The notes under the pieces: generated by a model
What the model was told of the DNA's origin: nothing
The model's input: the letters and a program-made list of their open reading frames with translations, nothing else
Databases searched by the model: none
From: Daphnia carinata
Lineage: Eukaryota
Direction of reading: 5' to 3'
DNA: 64,000 bases
Assembly (NCBI RefSeq): GCF_022539665.2
Contig: NC_081333.1
Location: 8,370,001 to 8,434,000 of the forward strand
Shown here: positions 41,301-54,535 of the stretch, piece after piece
Layout of the letters: each line of letters opens with the position of its first letter
Numbering within the stretch: the first letter of the stretch is position 1
Position numbers and translations under genes: made by a program

Positions 41301-44300
41301 AGAGACGCCCATTTTTGAAGAGCAACCATTAAAAAAGAAAGTAGGGAAGCAATCTTCATTTTTTGAAAAACATTAAGAATGATTAATGCCCATTGGCGTA
41401 TTGAATCTGAGTGACTGACTCGTATAACTCAAAAATAATAAATAAAGCCCTTTTTAGTTGTTTTATTACAAGATGACCATCTCCACAACAGTGTACAGTT
41501 TATGCTACCGCTAACGAGAAAATATGACTATCATTACCTTTTTTCTTCCTGTTCGGTTGATTCGTTCACGTCCAGCCAGGACTCAACTTCGCTCAACTTT
41601 TGTTTACACGCAACCAAAAACAGCTGTGTGTCTATGAAGAAAAAAGGTAAACCTGTTGCTTACTGCCATCTCTTGCGATCTAGTCCAACCTTTCAGGTGT
41701 TCTCTCATTATTACCTGAGAACATATACCATGTAGGTAAGCCAAATGTTGCAACCCAAAAGTCCCCCTACGTTGGACTGTATATGTCTATACTCATACAT
41801 AATGTTAAATAAACGAATGGAGGCTCGTTTGTCGTAAGGATAATAAGAATATAAGAGAAACAAGTAAACGGTAAAATGAGATTTTTTTTTCCTTTACAAT
41901 GCTATATTCTTACGAAGGTCTGATGGGAAATGAAATAGGAGGACACCGACAAGTAAAGCGCAAACACAAGGGGGGAAACCCTCCACGCTGACGTATAAGG
42001 AAATACATAAAAAGAATTTGAAGAAAAATCAGTAAAGTACGGAAGAGGACACTTGCTATCAGTTCTGGTGATCATTATCGATTGGGCCCTTTTGGTAGTG
42101 CGCTTTTTGTTTCGGCAAAAAGGGACGAAACAAGAGAAAATGGAAAAAACTTTGCCGAACTTTTATATATATTTTTACAGAAGTTTCGGTTCCAGAGCAC
42201 CATCGGGGGGTCGGAGCACGCTGCCCATCGATAAGCCACAACGGGGAATGGCAAAGGTGAAAGACTACTGGAAATTAAGCCGAAGGTTTAGCACCCCGCT
42301 GACTGGGACAGTAGTGGCGCGTTGCGGTCCAAAACTTGAGGCACATGTACGAATATACGGTACTCTGTGTATATCTTACCTTGTAGATATCGTACCGCTG
42401 GGTATAGAGAGCACGGACCCATCGAACACCATCGAAACTATAACTATTTTCCCCTTGCTGGTTGAAGAACAAAAAAAAAAGGGAGAGAAAGGATAGAAAA
42501 CAAAAAGGAATCTTCATAAAAGTCAAAGCTCCGCTTTGGACTGCATGCTGTGTCCCATCCTCCTTTAGAAAATAGAACGAAAGACCTATATATACGTGTT
42601 GTAGACTAGTAACTATGAATAGCGTAGATTCATCTCGTTTGAGGTCAACCTTTTAACCATCGTGTTTGAGGCTGCTTCAAAAGTCAAGCCCAATCATGCC
42701 TTTCGGAAATGTTTCTTGGCTTCAATTTCTTTTTTTTTTCTGGCCTTTATGCAGTGGTCATCACAAACCGTAAGAAGATGCAATGATTTAAAATGTGCAG
42801 TAAATAGTATAAGTCAGGTAAGACATACACGGAAGAACGCCACTCTTAGTTCCGTTCTCTTGAATGCGTTTGAAAAAAGAATGAGGAGGGAGGTTGAACG
42901 GTGGGGGTAGTGGGCGATACGGATATTGGTGGAGGGGGTATCATATTTTTTTCAGGAAGCGTAATAAATTAATGATGGAAACAGCAAGAAACGCAAGTTT
43001 ATTGGGGACCGCCTACCGATGAAACGCGGTTGGAAAGAGAAAACAAAAGCGGATTAACCCCCACTGCGTTCACTGGCCAGTGTTTCTGCCTTGCATCAAA
43101 ATAATGGCTGTCAAAATATGTAAAAGTTGGGGGGGCTCAAGTTTTTTTTTTTCCACATCACGTGCTTCATTATTTCGTAAAATCGCACACGAGCCTCTTT
43201 TTTTTCTTTCCTCTCCAATTCATTAATCACGCGTTCTTCCCTGAAAATGATGGCCATAATCAAGGTCGCTTTTTTACGTTCGGCATGTCCTCCTTCGTTG
43301 ACGTGAATAAAAAAAAATCTAATGATGACCTGCTGAGAAGCGCTTCATCAATAACTCAATCGCCGAGAAAGGACAGCTCATAAACATTGGAACAATAAAT
43401 GAGGAGGAAAAATAGTCGGACTTCGTAGCACAACATGAAAACAATTTAAAACAAAAAACAATGAGCCAATTAAATATTTCTATTCCGTCTATGGTGATGT
43501 GGTTTTAAAAACTTAAAAAAAAAAGGAAAAACAATAGGCCACACCGCAAAGGCATTTTGGGATACAATAGGAAGTCCTTGTTCGAACGCGTGTTTTTGAA
43601 TTAGAGTGTAGGTTCACTTACACGATAAAAGAGAAAACGAGGAAGCCAGAGTACTTTAAGGCATTTAATAAATACGCAACAAAAGAAGGGTATATCATTC
43701 TGCTTCAGGGTGGTTACTAGTCTTATTCTAAGCGAATTTCCCCTTTTTTTATATTACATGTACAAACTATGAAGCTTTTAGAACTTGTGTTAAAGGCGGT
43801 GCCATTTTGGGGATCATCGGGATCACGAAACAACATCAGGTAGTCTTCTTTGCTGGCTATCAACAAATCCCTTTTCTCGTCCTTTGTTGCTGCCTTCTCG
43901 TTTACAGTTTTTGCGTTATTTATTCCGCATCCGCTTGTAGCGGAATAAATTTATTCGTCCCCTTTTTTTAAACATCCAATCAGCTTATCTCATGACTATA
44001 ATGGCGCAGTTATGGGTAATACTAACTTGTCTTTTCTTTTTATTCCGGAGCCCAACCTTAACTTTTAGCGTATACAACATTCTTTATTTTATAGTACGCC
44101 AAAATCCTTTACAGTCATAATAGTTCAATACAGGTGGTCTTTCTCTCTCTCTCTCTCTCTCTTTTCTTTTTATTTTTCTCCAACAAAAAAAAATGAGTTT
44201 AAATTTCGATTAGTGGGGCACGGATAGAATAAAGGCACGGGTCACTCAGCAGGTTACCCTGCCCCCTCTTTTCTCGTGTTTTAAGAGATAAAAATAGAGA

Positions 44301-47300
44301 TTTTCTTACAAAAGAGAGAGAAAATTTTTTCTCTTAGAACAAAAATATAGAAAAAACAAAAAAAAAATGGTTAGGATAATTCAATAAATGGGGGTTGGTA
44401 ATAACAGTTGATGTGGGGATGATTGTTGACGCTGATGGCGACGCACGTGAAAGTATTTCTTTTCTTTTATATGGCTTGGTATAAAGACACTCTAATTCAG
44501 TCAGGACTGCTGGGCCTCTTGGATAAACACTACACTTTCCCCAATGTTTCATTCCTGGGCCTTTACAATAGAACCGTGTTTTGAGACCAATCCATAAAAC
44601 GGTTCCCCTCAATCACTATCTTTACGCACACAGGCCATTCCATTCTTTATAAAAAAAAAAGGTAAGTTGTCGCCGTTTTGGCGGTAACTCAAAGGAGAAA
44701 CCTCAACTTCTATTTGTGGGTTTGAAAAGTAAGAGAATTTCCTCCTTTTTTTTAAAGCACGGATTGTGCCCATCAGCTCCATCAGCCGCCACCTGCCAAT
44801 TGACAGATGAGCTCAGCTTGGTGCTGTACATGATTTCATACAGTCCCCTCCTTCACCCGTTTATTTTTTATTTTCATGCTACCACGAAGGTTGTCTCGCT
44901 TGTAGGTAGCCAAAAATCGTTTGGGCAATTTCCCAAAACGATAGAATCTGATCGTCGAGGAATTATGATGTTATGCAACATTGTGTGCCAACGACGTGGT
45001 GCCTAATCTGTTTTTCCCGAGTGGCATTTTTCCTATGTTTTTTTTTTATTTTCTATTTTTTTAAACAATTTTTATTGCCAAGAGAAGGTGACGCCGTGTC
45101 GTCGGGAACAGCAACAACACGCCATAACATCTCGTTTTGTTCCCCTCGAGCTTGTACACACACACACACACACACACATACATAGAGTAACACACCCAGG
45201 ATTGTATATACGCGGCCGCGTTCGTTAGTCATTTCTCCAAGTGTGGTTCCGACAAGCGAAACTTTCCATCATTTCTGATGGGTTGCCGCTGTTTCTCTAT
45301 ACGTTTGATGCGCGTGGGAGGAAAAGAAATCTTTTCTCTACAACCGAAAATATTCAAAAATAACAGCCTCTCTAGAAAAGCGTACAAAGAGAGAAACCAG
45401 AAGCGCAATGTCACCCGATGCCGAAAGAAAGGAGAAAATGTTTCAATAATGTCTTGTTGAAAAAGAGAGAGAAAGAAAAGGGCAAAGACATTTGAACGAA
45501 AACATGAAGCAGAAACACACAGAGAAAATAAAAAGACATTGGTGGCTAGTCCTTGGGACAAGACAAATGAGGCGGAATATCGGAGAAATTGAATCCTCCC
45601 AAAGATCTGCTTGATGAACTTTCGACCGGACGAGCTCCCAGCACTCCCTCGCTCCTCTTCCTGCACTAAGGCTATCTACGAATACGAGCCGCACGTACCA
45701 ACGAACGCGCAACTTAATGATTTCCACATCTGATTCCACTCGAGAAAGAGCTTCGCCGTTATCTATCGGAGATAATCTGCTTTGAGAGAAAAATCTTTTT
45801 GGGAAAGTCCAACACTTTTGTTTCCACTCTCCATTGATAACGAAATAAAAAAACAACAACAAGAGTTTCCGAAACACACCCGTATATATTGAACGTTACG
45901 TGTCAGACCGAGGATTCTTAGAAAACCCTTGGAAAACGAAATAAACTATTCAGCGCACTAACCTCCCGCCGATGCTAATCTTCTTATTTCCCGTAGTTGC
46001 TACGCTGCAGCCACCTACCATACAATACAAAGTGGCCAAATTCCAGGAAGAACGATGTGTGCAATACCTGAGAAAAAACCGTGCTTTGAAGTCAACGGTC
46101 ACTTTCTTTCCGCTAAAAGTCAGTGGTAAAAGAAGAAAACGACACTATAGAAGAAATGTTAGCGAAGGATTATGCGGTTCTTTATTTTCTCTTTTCCTAT
46201 TTACATAAAAATGTATTCTAAAAAAGGAGGGAGCGAAAGGGCGCAACGGTTGAGCGAGAAACGTTGCAGCAGCAGCAAGTTACACTCGAAAACGGGCAAA
46301 AGGGCGGAGCAGGGGGCTACTATACACCAGAAATATGCATATAAATATAAGGCTATATCTTTTTCCTTTTTTTTTTCTGCTGGCAACAATCTCATAAAGC
46401 ACAAGGACTCCCAAGTTTGAGAGGCAGCGCTGCGAAAGATGAAACTGGCCTCCAGAAAAGCTATGAATTTCGACACTACGGCCATCAGCAACAGCAGCGG
46501 CGGCAGTCTCTGACCAAACTTTAACAAGCTTCTTCAACACTCCCCATCACCGAACCATTTACCCTTATCGAGCACCAGAAGCAAGAAGACATGGAGAACG
46601 GACGCGAACATGTAGTGAAAAAAAAAAGAAAAACTGGCGTTTTTGCTGGTTACCAACAGGTTTCAAATCTACGCTATGATCAGCGTTACATTTCCACACG
46701 GTTAATATTTACTGCGTACACAGTTGGGTGGCTTTGAAATTGGCAGCATCCAATTTCCCCACGTCACTTGTCAACATTCAAACTGACAGACCAATAGCAT
46801 CGAATAACAAGCTATCAATCTGTGCGCTTTCTAGACAAAACAACTTGTCCCGTTACTTGATTTCATTCACGTAGAAGATTCCTACACATCTTGCGTGATT
46901 ATTGTTTTATTAAATTTTTAATGAATTGGGACACGGAATATTAAGACCCATCCACAAAGGGTGCTTGCCGTTGAGATGCGCTGCATTAATAACTCAATTT
47001 TGCTACTGAATGGCACATGAGCTGTTCCTATACCTCTTTGTCAATGTATGCGTACGACCGTGGCACGCAGATCTTGTTAGAAATGTCACGACAATAATAA
47101 TTCATAATTCCATTAACAAGTAGGTTTCACCTTTTGTCTGGTTACTAAAATACACGCTGAACTCAGTCCGATTTTTGCTGAATTTTCGCCAACTAGTATA
47201 ACAGAATGCAGAATGTGATAGTCCTTGTCTTGTTCCATTATTATACAATAATGATCTGCGAAACTTCGGTACAAGTCTTCATGGTCAAACCTTTGCATCA

Positions 47301-50300
47301 ACATTGCTTTTTAGGTCAAGTGAATGTTCAATTATTTTAACATCAAAACTCACTAATTTCAATAAAAACAACTTTTACAAATACCGCAGAAGGCTATCGT
47401 GTAAGTCTGATATCTTGACAGCAGCAGAATTTAGTTACAAGTTTTTCTTTTTGCTTTAATTAGTTCATGTCAGCCGGCAAAGAAAGAGATATTCTTGTTG
47501 GAGTGGGCGGTTTTTTTCTTTCTCCCTTATTTTTCTCTCAAACGTTTTACTACACGGCTCGAGTTTGACATTTGACCGTCAGCTACACATCGCCTCCGAC
47601 TATTAGGATTAGGATATATGGAATAGCAGGGGCGACATCCGAGAGCTTCTGCTACGCACGCCTGTATCATAACGATCCTTGAAAAAAAAGTCTAAACTTA
47701 ATGTTCCATATGACGTTCCAAGACTATTCCATGTTCTTAATTATGCATTCCCGTGTTAGGTCTATTAAAACTGTGGTTGCTGTTTACGTATTTACAAACC
47801 AAACAGAAGTCTTGTGCAAAATTTATAATCCGACTTCAAGTGCTTTTTACTTTGTGAAGCGAGGGAAGTACATTACCGCGTCAAACAACAATTTTTTTTT
47901 TATTACTGCAACCGTCTATCCATACCGTACATGTTACAGAAAAGGAGTTGGGTGTTGGAGTGAAGGTTATCTATCGGTCAACAGACACCATACACATCCT
48001 GCTGCTCTTTCCCGACCCCTCTGATGGTCACGATCATCTACTTGTCCTTTCTCTGTGTGCTTTGCTAATGGTGAAACAGTGTTTCATATGGGGATGGTGC
48101 GCTTGAACGTATAGTAATTCTTTTTTTTTTCAAGTTTAAACAAACACTAACATGTGGCTGCCGCTGTTGCTGCTGAAAAAAAAAATGGTAAAGAAGCCGC
48201 TCCGCCACCCAATCGGTCTGACCATCGGATGCCATGTGATCTGAAGCAATTCCAACTGGCAGTGGAAAAAAGAAAATCGTTAACTAGTGGCCGAGTTCTA
48301 TTTACTCAAGGACTAAAGGAATCGTTTTTCTTAAAAGGAGAAAAGTCGGAACATGATGGGTAGTAAAGCCACACACACAAAAAAAGTTAGTAGGTATCAT
48401 TTATTATCTTAACGGTTATTGGTCCCTTGTGGACGACTGGAGGTGAAGCGGTGCAAGTGTTGGACAAAAGGAAGGTCCTCCAGTTTGAACTACCAGATCT
48501 GTATAAACTCGACTAGTCATTTCTCGCCTAACAAAAGACAAAAGGTATCGTTGATAGAAGTTCAAAGAGGGAAGGTCGACAATGACCACATCACAGGTTG
48601 GTCGGGGCCTCAATTCGGAGACGAGAAAAGAGCGCAAGAACAAAAAAAAAAAAGACAATCAAAGTCGGTCAAACTGCCGGTTCGACTAATTTGTAGGCGG
48701 GGTCGCTCACTCATGATCTTGGGGAGCTCAAACGTTCCGCTTGTTGCCCTTCTTTTTGTCTATCCCACCTGGATCAATATACGACTGCGTTTACAGGGTT
48801 GCGCCGGCAACACTCTTCCCCACTGCCCTCACACCCATTTCAAATTATCTGTAAACTAGCACCTTGCAATTAAATCTTCTCAAGCCACCTTTAGTTTTTG
48901 TTCCAGGGAAAGAGAAAAGAAAAATATTCATGTGAAGGTTTTCTTTGGTGACTGGAAAACTATTGGGCGGACATTTTTTTTTTTTTTTTTTTACAGAAAA
49001 AGGGTAATCGATTCAGAGCAAAAAGCCCAATCTAGAAACAAAAGAAAGGAGAGTTACTCTTTTCCTTAGCTATCAACTTTGATTACCTGAGCGCGGGAAC
49101 CCACTCCAAAAAATATGAAAATTTAAACCACAGTATTTCTTATCGTGTTCTTGTACTCTGGAACATTTTTTTTTTCCCATACAAATCATCGAGCAGTCAA
49201 GCTAGGAAAAACAAAACAACAATTTACTTGTAAACATCGTTTCATGCCCACTCACTAGCGCATTTGAATGATCGTTTAAATTACATCATATAATAACCCC
49301 GTCTTCGGCAGTGCGTTGTATCATTAACGAAGCGGACTCACCTTTTCCCCTCCTTCCAATATTTGTTGTTTTGTTTTTGTTTTTGTTTTCATTTATTACT
49401 TACTGTTCAATAAAGATACGCGTCCAATGAAAGAATTCCACGCGAGTGTTATCCGTTAATTACCCACGGTTAGGCTCAAAGGTAATTTCTTGCTGTTTCG
49501 TTTCTTTATGTTAGAAGACCAAATCGATAAAAGAAACAAAATCACCGCCGTTTAACCCGCCCCAATAAGGGTCAAATTAGTGCGCGTGGGAAAGAAGCAA
49601 AGATTTTACAATCGTTGGTCTTAATTCTGGCCTTTAATTTGTTTCCCCTTCTTTTACATTTCTCACTAACGCGTGGATTTCAATGCAAGCAACTTTGGTC
49701 CTCCGGCGATGGTAGTCACAAGTGTTACACTGACGCAAAATTTACGTCACGTTCACAATTACGAATACTACGACGCAGGCATAAAATCACGTGTTATGTG
49801 ACGTCTAAAGTATTTATTATTCATCTTTTTTGCAAAGTAAACCTTAAATGGCAATGAAGTTTGACGTCAATGCCAAGAGGATTATCAAGAGTTCAACTGC
49901 TATCAGTTTCACGTTACTGCAAAAATGAGGTTAATGGTTTAGCAAAAATCAACAGACTAAAAATCCTGCCAAGTAAAGATGATGATTACTTGACTTCATC
50001 TTCGGGATTTGTATTGTATAAATGTTAACTGTTGGCACAACTTGGAGGGCAACACTTTTGATCAACCGACAAAAAATTTAACGAATTCTGTGTACAAAAA
50101 CAAAGGCCTCTTACTAGGATATCACACAACGAAAACAAGATTAAATAATATTCAATTACAGCAGTGTTCTTCACGTTAACGCTGTCATGAGCCAAATAAA
50201 TTTTGTGCCCGATGATGCAAGAATGTTGATGTGACGAACAGCGAAAACAACTTAAAAACGACGTTTCTTGACTTTGCTACCTTCGGTCTTGCGTTGGTTA

Positions 50301-50487
50301 CGCTTAGCACCCGACCCATTCGTTGTTTCGAAATCCGAACCTGAATCGGAATCTGAATCAAATATTCTCTCGATAGCATCCATTTCCGGCTTGATTGGAG
50401 TGCTTCTTCCAACGGTTGGCTCCAATCCTTTACCTGGAACCGGACGAACGTTCGACTCGTGAGCAACAAGCCCTTTTTCTATGTCAA

Positions 50488-52573
50488 TTAAGAATTACCC
50501 CACTGTGAACTATCGTGCCATCCGTTGCGCGATCTGTAAAGTAACATACCTTACCGTTAGAAATAGTTACAGAGAATTATTTATGTTATCAAGTATGCTA
50601 ACTTGACGGATCGTGCGGCAATTCGTTCCGAACGCGGGCGAGCTTCTTCTTCTAAGTTATTGATACATCCATCCGCGTGTGTCTAACAATTAGGCATTTT
50701 AATTAGAATGTTCCATCACACAAAGTAATTGCGATACTTACTTCAATGACGCTAAGGGGAAACGACTTCCCGCAGATGGGACATTCCTGAAATGATGAAT
50801 CCTACCAGCGAGAGAAACCGTCAAACGAACGGTAAAAAAAATTAATGAATTTTTAATAGAATAAAAGCACCTGTGTTGCATCCACGGGTGACTTTCTGCC
50901 GATTTCAATTCCCATCTCCGTAATCTCTTTCGATCCCCCCAGTCTCTTTCGTGAAGCACTTGACTCAAAAACAGGGCTGGTCGGAGGAATATCTAACCTA
51001 AACGTGCTAGAAGAGGCTGGTGGTGAATCACATATGATTTCCTCTCGCTGATCGATTTTCGTGTCTACAGGAAGACTAGTATCGTTCGTCTGGGATTTTT
51101 TAAACATCTGGCGTCTTCTCTTGTTGTTTGACATTGTAAGGATAATAGGTTTTCCCCATTTTATTGGCCTAGAGCAGGAACTTTTGTCAATCTTTGACTT
51201 TTCCTCGTTTTCGATAAGTTGTTGGTAGGGGCCTTTGTTTTCGAAATCAAGTTCTTCAGGCAAAGGCGACGGCGTAATTTGTTCAATTTTTTTCAGCATT
51301 TCAGAATATTTGTTGCATAATGCTCTCATTGTTCCAATTTTACTTTTCCATCCTGATCCAGGCGAGTCTGGTTTGCCACGATTTTGGTTGTTCTTTGAGG
51401 CGGGGCAGGCAGTGAAGTCATCGTCTTCAGAGTTGAAACTTTTGCTAGTCGCTTCTTCGTCTTTTGACGCACTTCCACTTATGTCCATGTTCAGAGGTTC
51501 AATCTCTGGGACGTTTTCTGCATCGGAGAGTTCGTCAGGAGTTATGATGAGGTCGCCTCGTTTTGGCCTCAGGAGACGATCCGAACTCAGGCTTTTATTT
51601 TCTTCACCTTTTTTAAGTGATGCTGCAACCATTTTGCTTCCGTAACTTTCTTTAGCTGTCAATACTAACTTCTTGGCATCAACAGGTTTGCCTTTCTGCA
51701 AATTTAAATGGTTTTTTGGAACCAAGTTTGATGTTCCCTCAAGAGGGTCTGCAGCTTTACATTCAAGGTTAGCTTGTAGATCTTCATCGTCATGGTCATC
51801 ATCAGAAAGGGGTTTCCATTGAGGAGGCTTTCTTCCATTCTTTTTAGTGGAAGTGCTAACAGGTGGACTTAGCTCTGGCACAATATCTTCATCATCATCA
51901 ACAATGTTGAATGCATCCTCAAACGAAGTTGAACTTTTCCTAGATGCCAGGTCTACCCTTGTTCTGTTAACCGATTCCTCCTTAGATTTTTGTAGGACTT
52001 CATCAAGTTGTCTTCGTGCTTCATATGTATCCTCATGATCATAAAGACCTGCAGCTGGAAATGGAATTTTGGAATTCTTGTTTACTAAATGATCTGGTTT
52101 TATCAAAATTTTGTTGCTACCTTTTAACCGACGGTTAATTTCTTCTTCTTCTGTGCTTGACTGCAAGATTTTCAAGAGTTTTTTATCTTCAGCTATGTAT
52201 CTAGCCATGACTAGCAAGTCTCGATGTTCTTATTACAATCGTAACATAAAAAAACGAAGGTGGGATGGACGTAGGAATCTTTCAGCGTTTCAAAGTAAAG
52301 GAAAGTTCACATCTAAAATATTAAATGATAGAAGAACTCCTGTGCGTTCAGTTACGAGCGTCTCTTAAATTTTGACGTTCGTTTTCTCGACGACGTTTCA
52401 ACTGACGGCTGCTAAAACTCTTACAAGGTTGCCTAACATGATGGTTGTTGTTTTATAATAAAAGATTAATGTGATGTGATATTTTTAGCTCACGTAAGCC
52501 GAAGTGCAAAATTTAACACTTTAAATGATTTTAGATAATTCGCAGGACGAATAGTTTCCTGAGGATCCTCAAG
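50488..52573 (-). CDS. Acidic low-complexity protein with C-terminal UBZ4-type (C2HC) zinc finger and UIM-like helices (RAP80/UIMC1-like candidate); 5' end unresolved
   Basis: Phase-compatible exons 52573-52494, 52432-52356, 52228-50871, 50801-50742, 50682-50603 and 50533-50488. Splicing assembles CPICGKSFPLSVIE|THADGC. Contains the 454-aa ORF. Start codon not found; the coding frame probably continues to 50252 across a frameshift. Confidence 0.7.
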
Positions 52574-54535
52574 CTATAGAACAGAATGAAAAACGTATCG
52601 TTTTTAACAGAACAGTTGCGCAACTCGAAAATTTATTGGTTTGATTTATTCGTGATATAGACAAATTAACATAGCATAGATGTGTAGCAGTTAAAAGATA
52701 TGCAGTGGAAAAATTTGGTGCCAAATCTTGATTTGTTCGCTAGCTGTTCCTGCAGTTCTTGGTTGTTACTTCAATCCCAAAGAGAGAAGGATGAGGAGAA
52801 CAAATGTAAAAGACATTAATACTAGAATGCAATCATATCATTTAGGGCTGGACAAGAAAAGAAACAGCGTGAATGAACCCTAAAGAATTGTAATGTTCAT
52901 ATCTGTTCCTGGTAAGTAGTTATCGATTGCCTTCTAACTACGTCGTGATCCGTCACTTTATATGGGTTACACTTTCTTTGAAGCTATTCATCGTTTGACG
53001 TATGGATTATCCGCAGAAAAGGAGGATGAGGAATGCCGTGAGAGGGCGGCGCCGCGGCCCACTCATCGGCTTCATTTTCAGCTTTTTATTTAGCTTTATT
53101 CAGTTCTGGCTTCTTCCGGAAATGACTTGTTATGGTCGTCGGAAGAATTTTGTTTGTGCTGCTGTCTTCGAGTCCGAATCCGTCTTGTCTTAAGAAGTCC
53201 TGGTCCTCAGTCCTGACATTTCCAAAATCAGAAAGACAAAAAAGATTGTTCGACGATTGTCTTTCAAATTTAACCAACAATGCAACAGCTTTTCAACATT
53301 TCTTGGCTATCAGACAATTCATTCATGTCTGTCGTGATACGAAAGTCTTTGGTGTAGCAAAGTTGAATTTTCGGGTGTTTGTCGGTTTCTTTCTGTGAAT
53401 GATGTCACTTTATGAACAAATTGCCAAGACCTATTGTCAAAGGATGTGTGGGTGGATCGAGTTTTAACATATTCTTCTTGGAAAACCTCGGCTTTGACGC
53501 TCCCAAGTTTAGGGCCGTTAACACGCATCTTTTGCGTAACGCCGTTTACACTACAGTGCAACAAAGCGTTGAAGAGTAAAGGTTTATCTAAACATTTTTT
53601 GCATTCGTTTTTGTGAGTGCAGTTCCAAGTTACACCACTTATTTACCCTATTGCACTTCCAGTCGGTCGAAGCTACCTCGGAGTTGCGTACTTATTGACA
53701 GGTGAATCGCCACGGCAATAGACTAAACTTTTCGCTAGATTAAACCAAAATAACACGGAATATCACCTTGAATGCACATTTTTAAAAATACAGTTTCCGC
53801 CATTCAAGCCCATTTGATGTTCGGTAAATGAAAGCGTGTATCGTGAAGCAACTCTTCAGTGTTGGTCACTACGAACTAGTGGCACTGCTACACCTGTTGA
53901 TGCATTTATTTGAAATTGGAACTGCCCATTCTGGGTCTTCTTGCAAGCTTGAAATATATAGAGGTAAGCATTTTGGGGCAAAGATTAGACTGTAATGGGA
54001 TCCGATTCCGTGCACTCAAAGCGTCGTATGGCGGGGGATCTTTCGATAAATAAAAAATCAAGCTGAAGAGTCGGAGGGACTTAAATATATACTCGTCTCA
54101 TTTATTAGCTATAATTTTCTTACTTATCTTATGGTCCCTTTTTGTGGTATTTATTAATTGCGCCTTATCTAACTTGCTTAGGCTGAAACTCTAACCCAAA
54201 ATTATTTAAATGAAGTCCAAATCTTTCGTTTTTCATTTTCCTTCCCCTGCCTACCTCCGGGAATTACCCTAAAAATCTCTGTTTTCGAATCGTTTGGCGT
54301 TGGACATCGCAATTGTTTAACGAAGAATAAAATGCAAAAATTTGTTGTCCATCCTCACGGTTTTCTATAGCCTTGGCGGTTTCTTACCCTGCCTCTTCGA
54401 AAAGAATCGCCTACCCAAGGGCTACCATGAATTTCGTCAATATTTGCATACTACAGCATTACGAAAGGTACACATTCCGATTTACGAACTTAGACCTAAA
54501 AGTTTTTTGTTGATTACGTCAACATGAAGCCCAGC

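Noticed and set aside
50185..50469. 94-aa minus ORF after the UBZ gene
   Set aside because: An alternative frame of the same DNA gives the more protein-like acidic/NLS tail; this one has a non-ATG start and no compatible splice phase was found.
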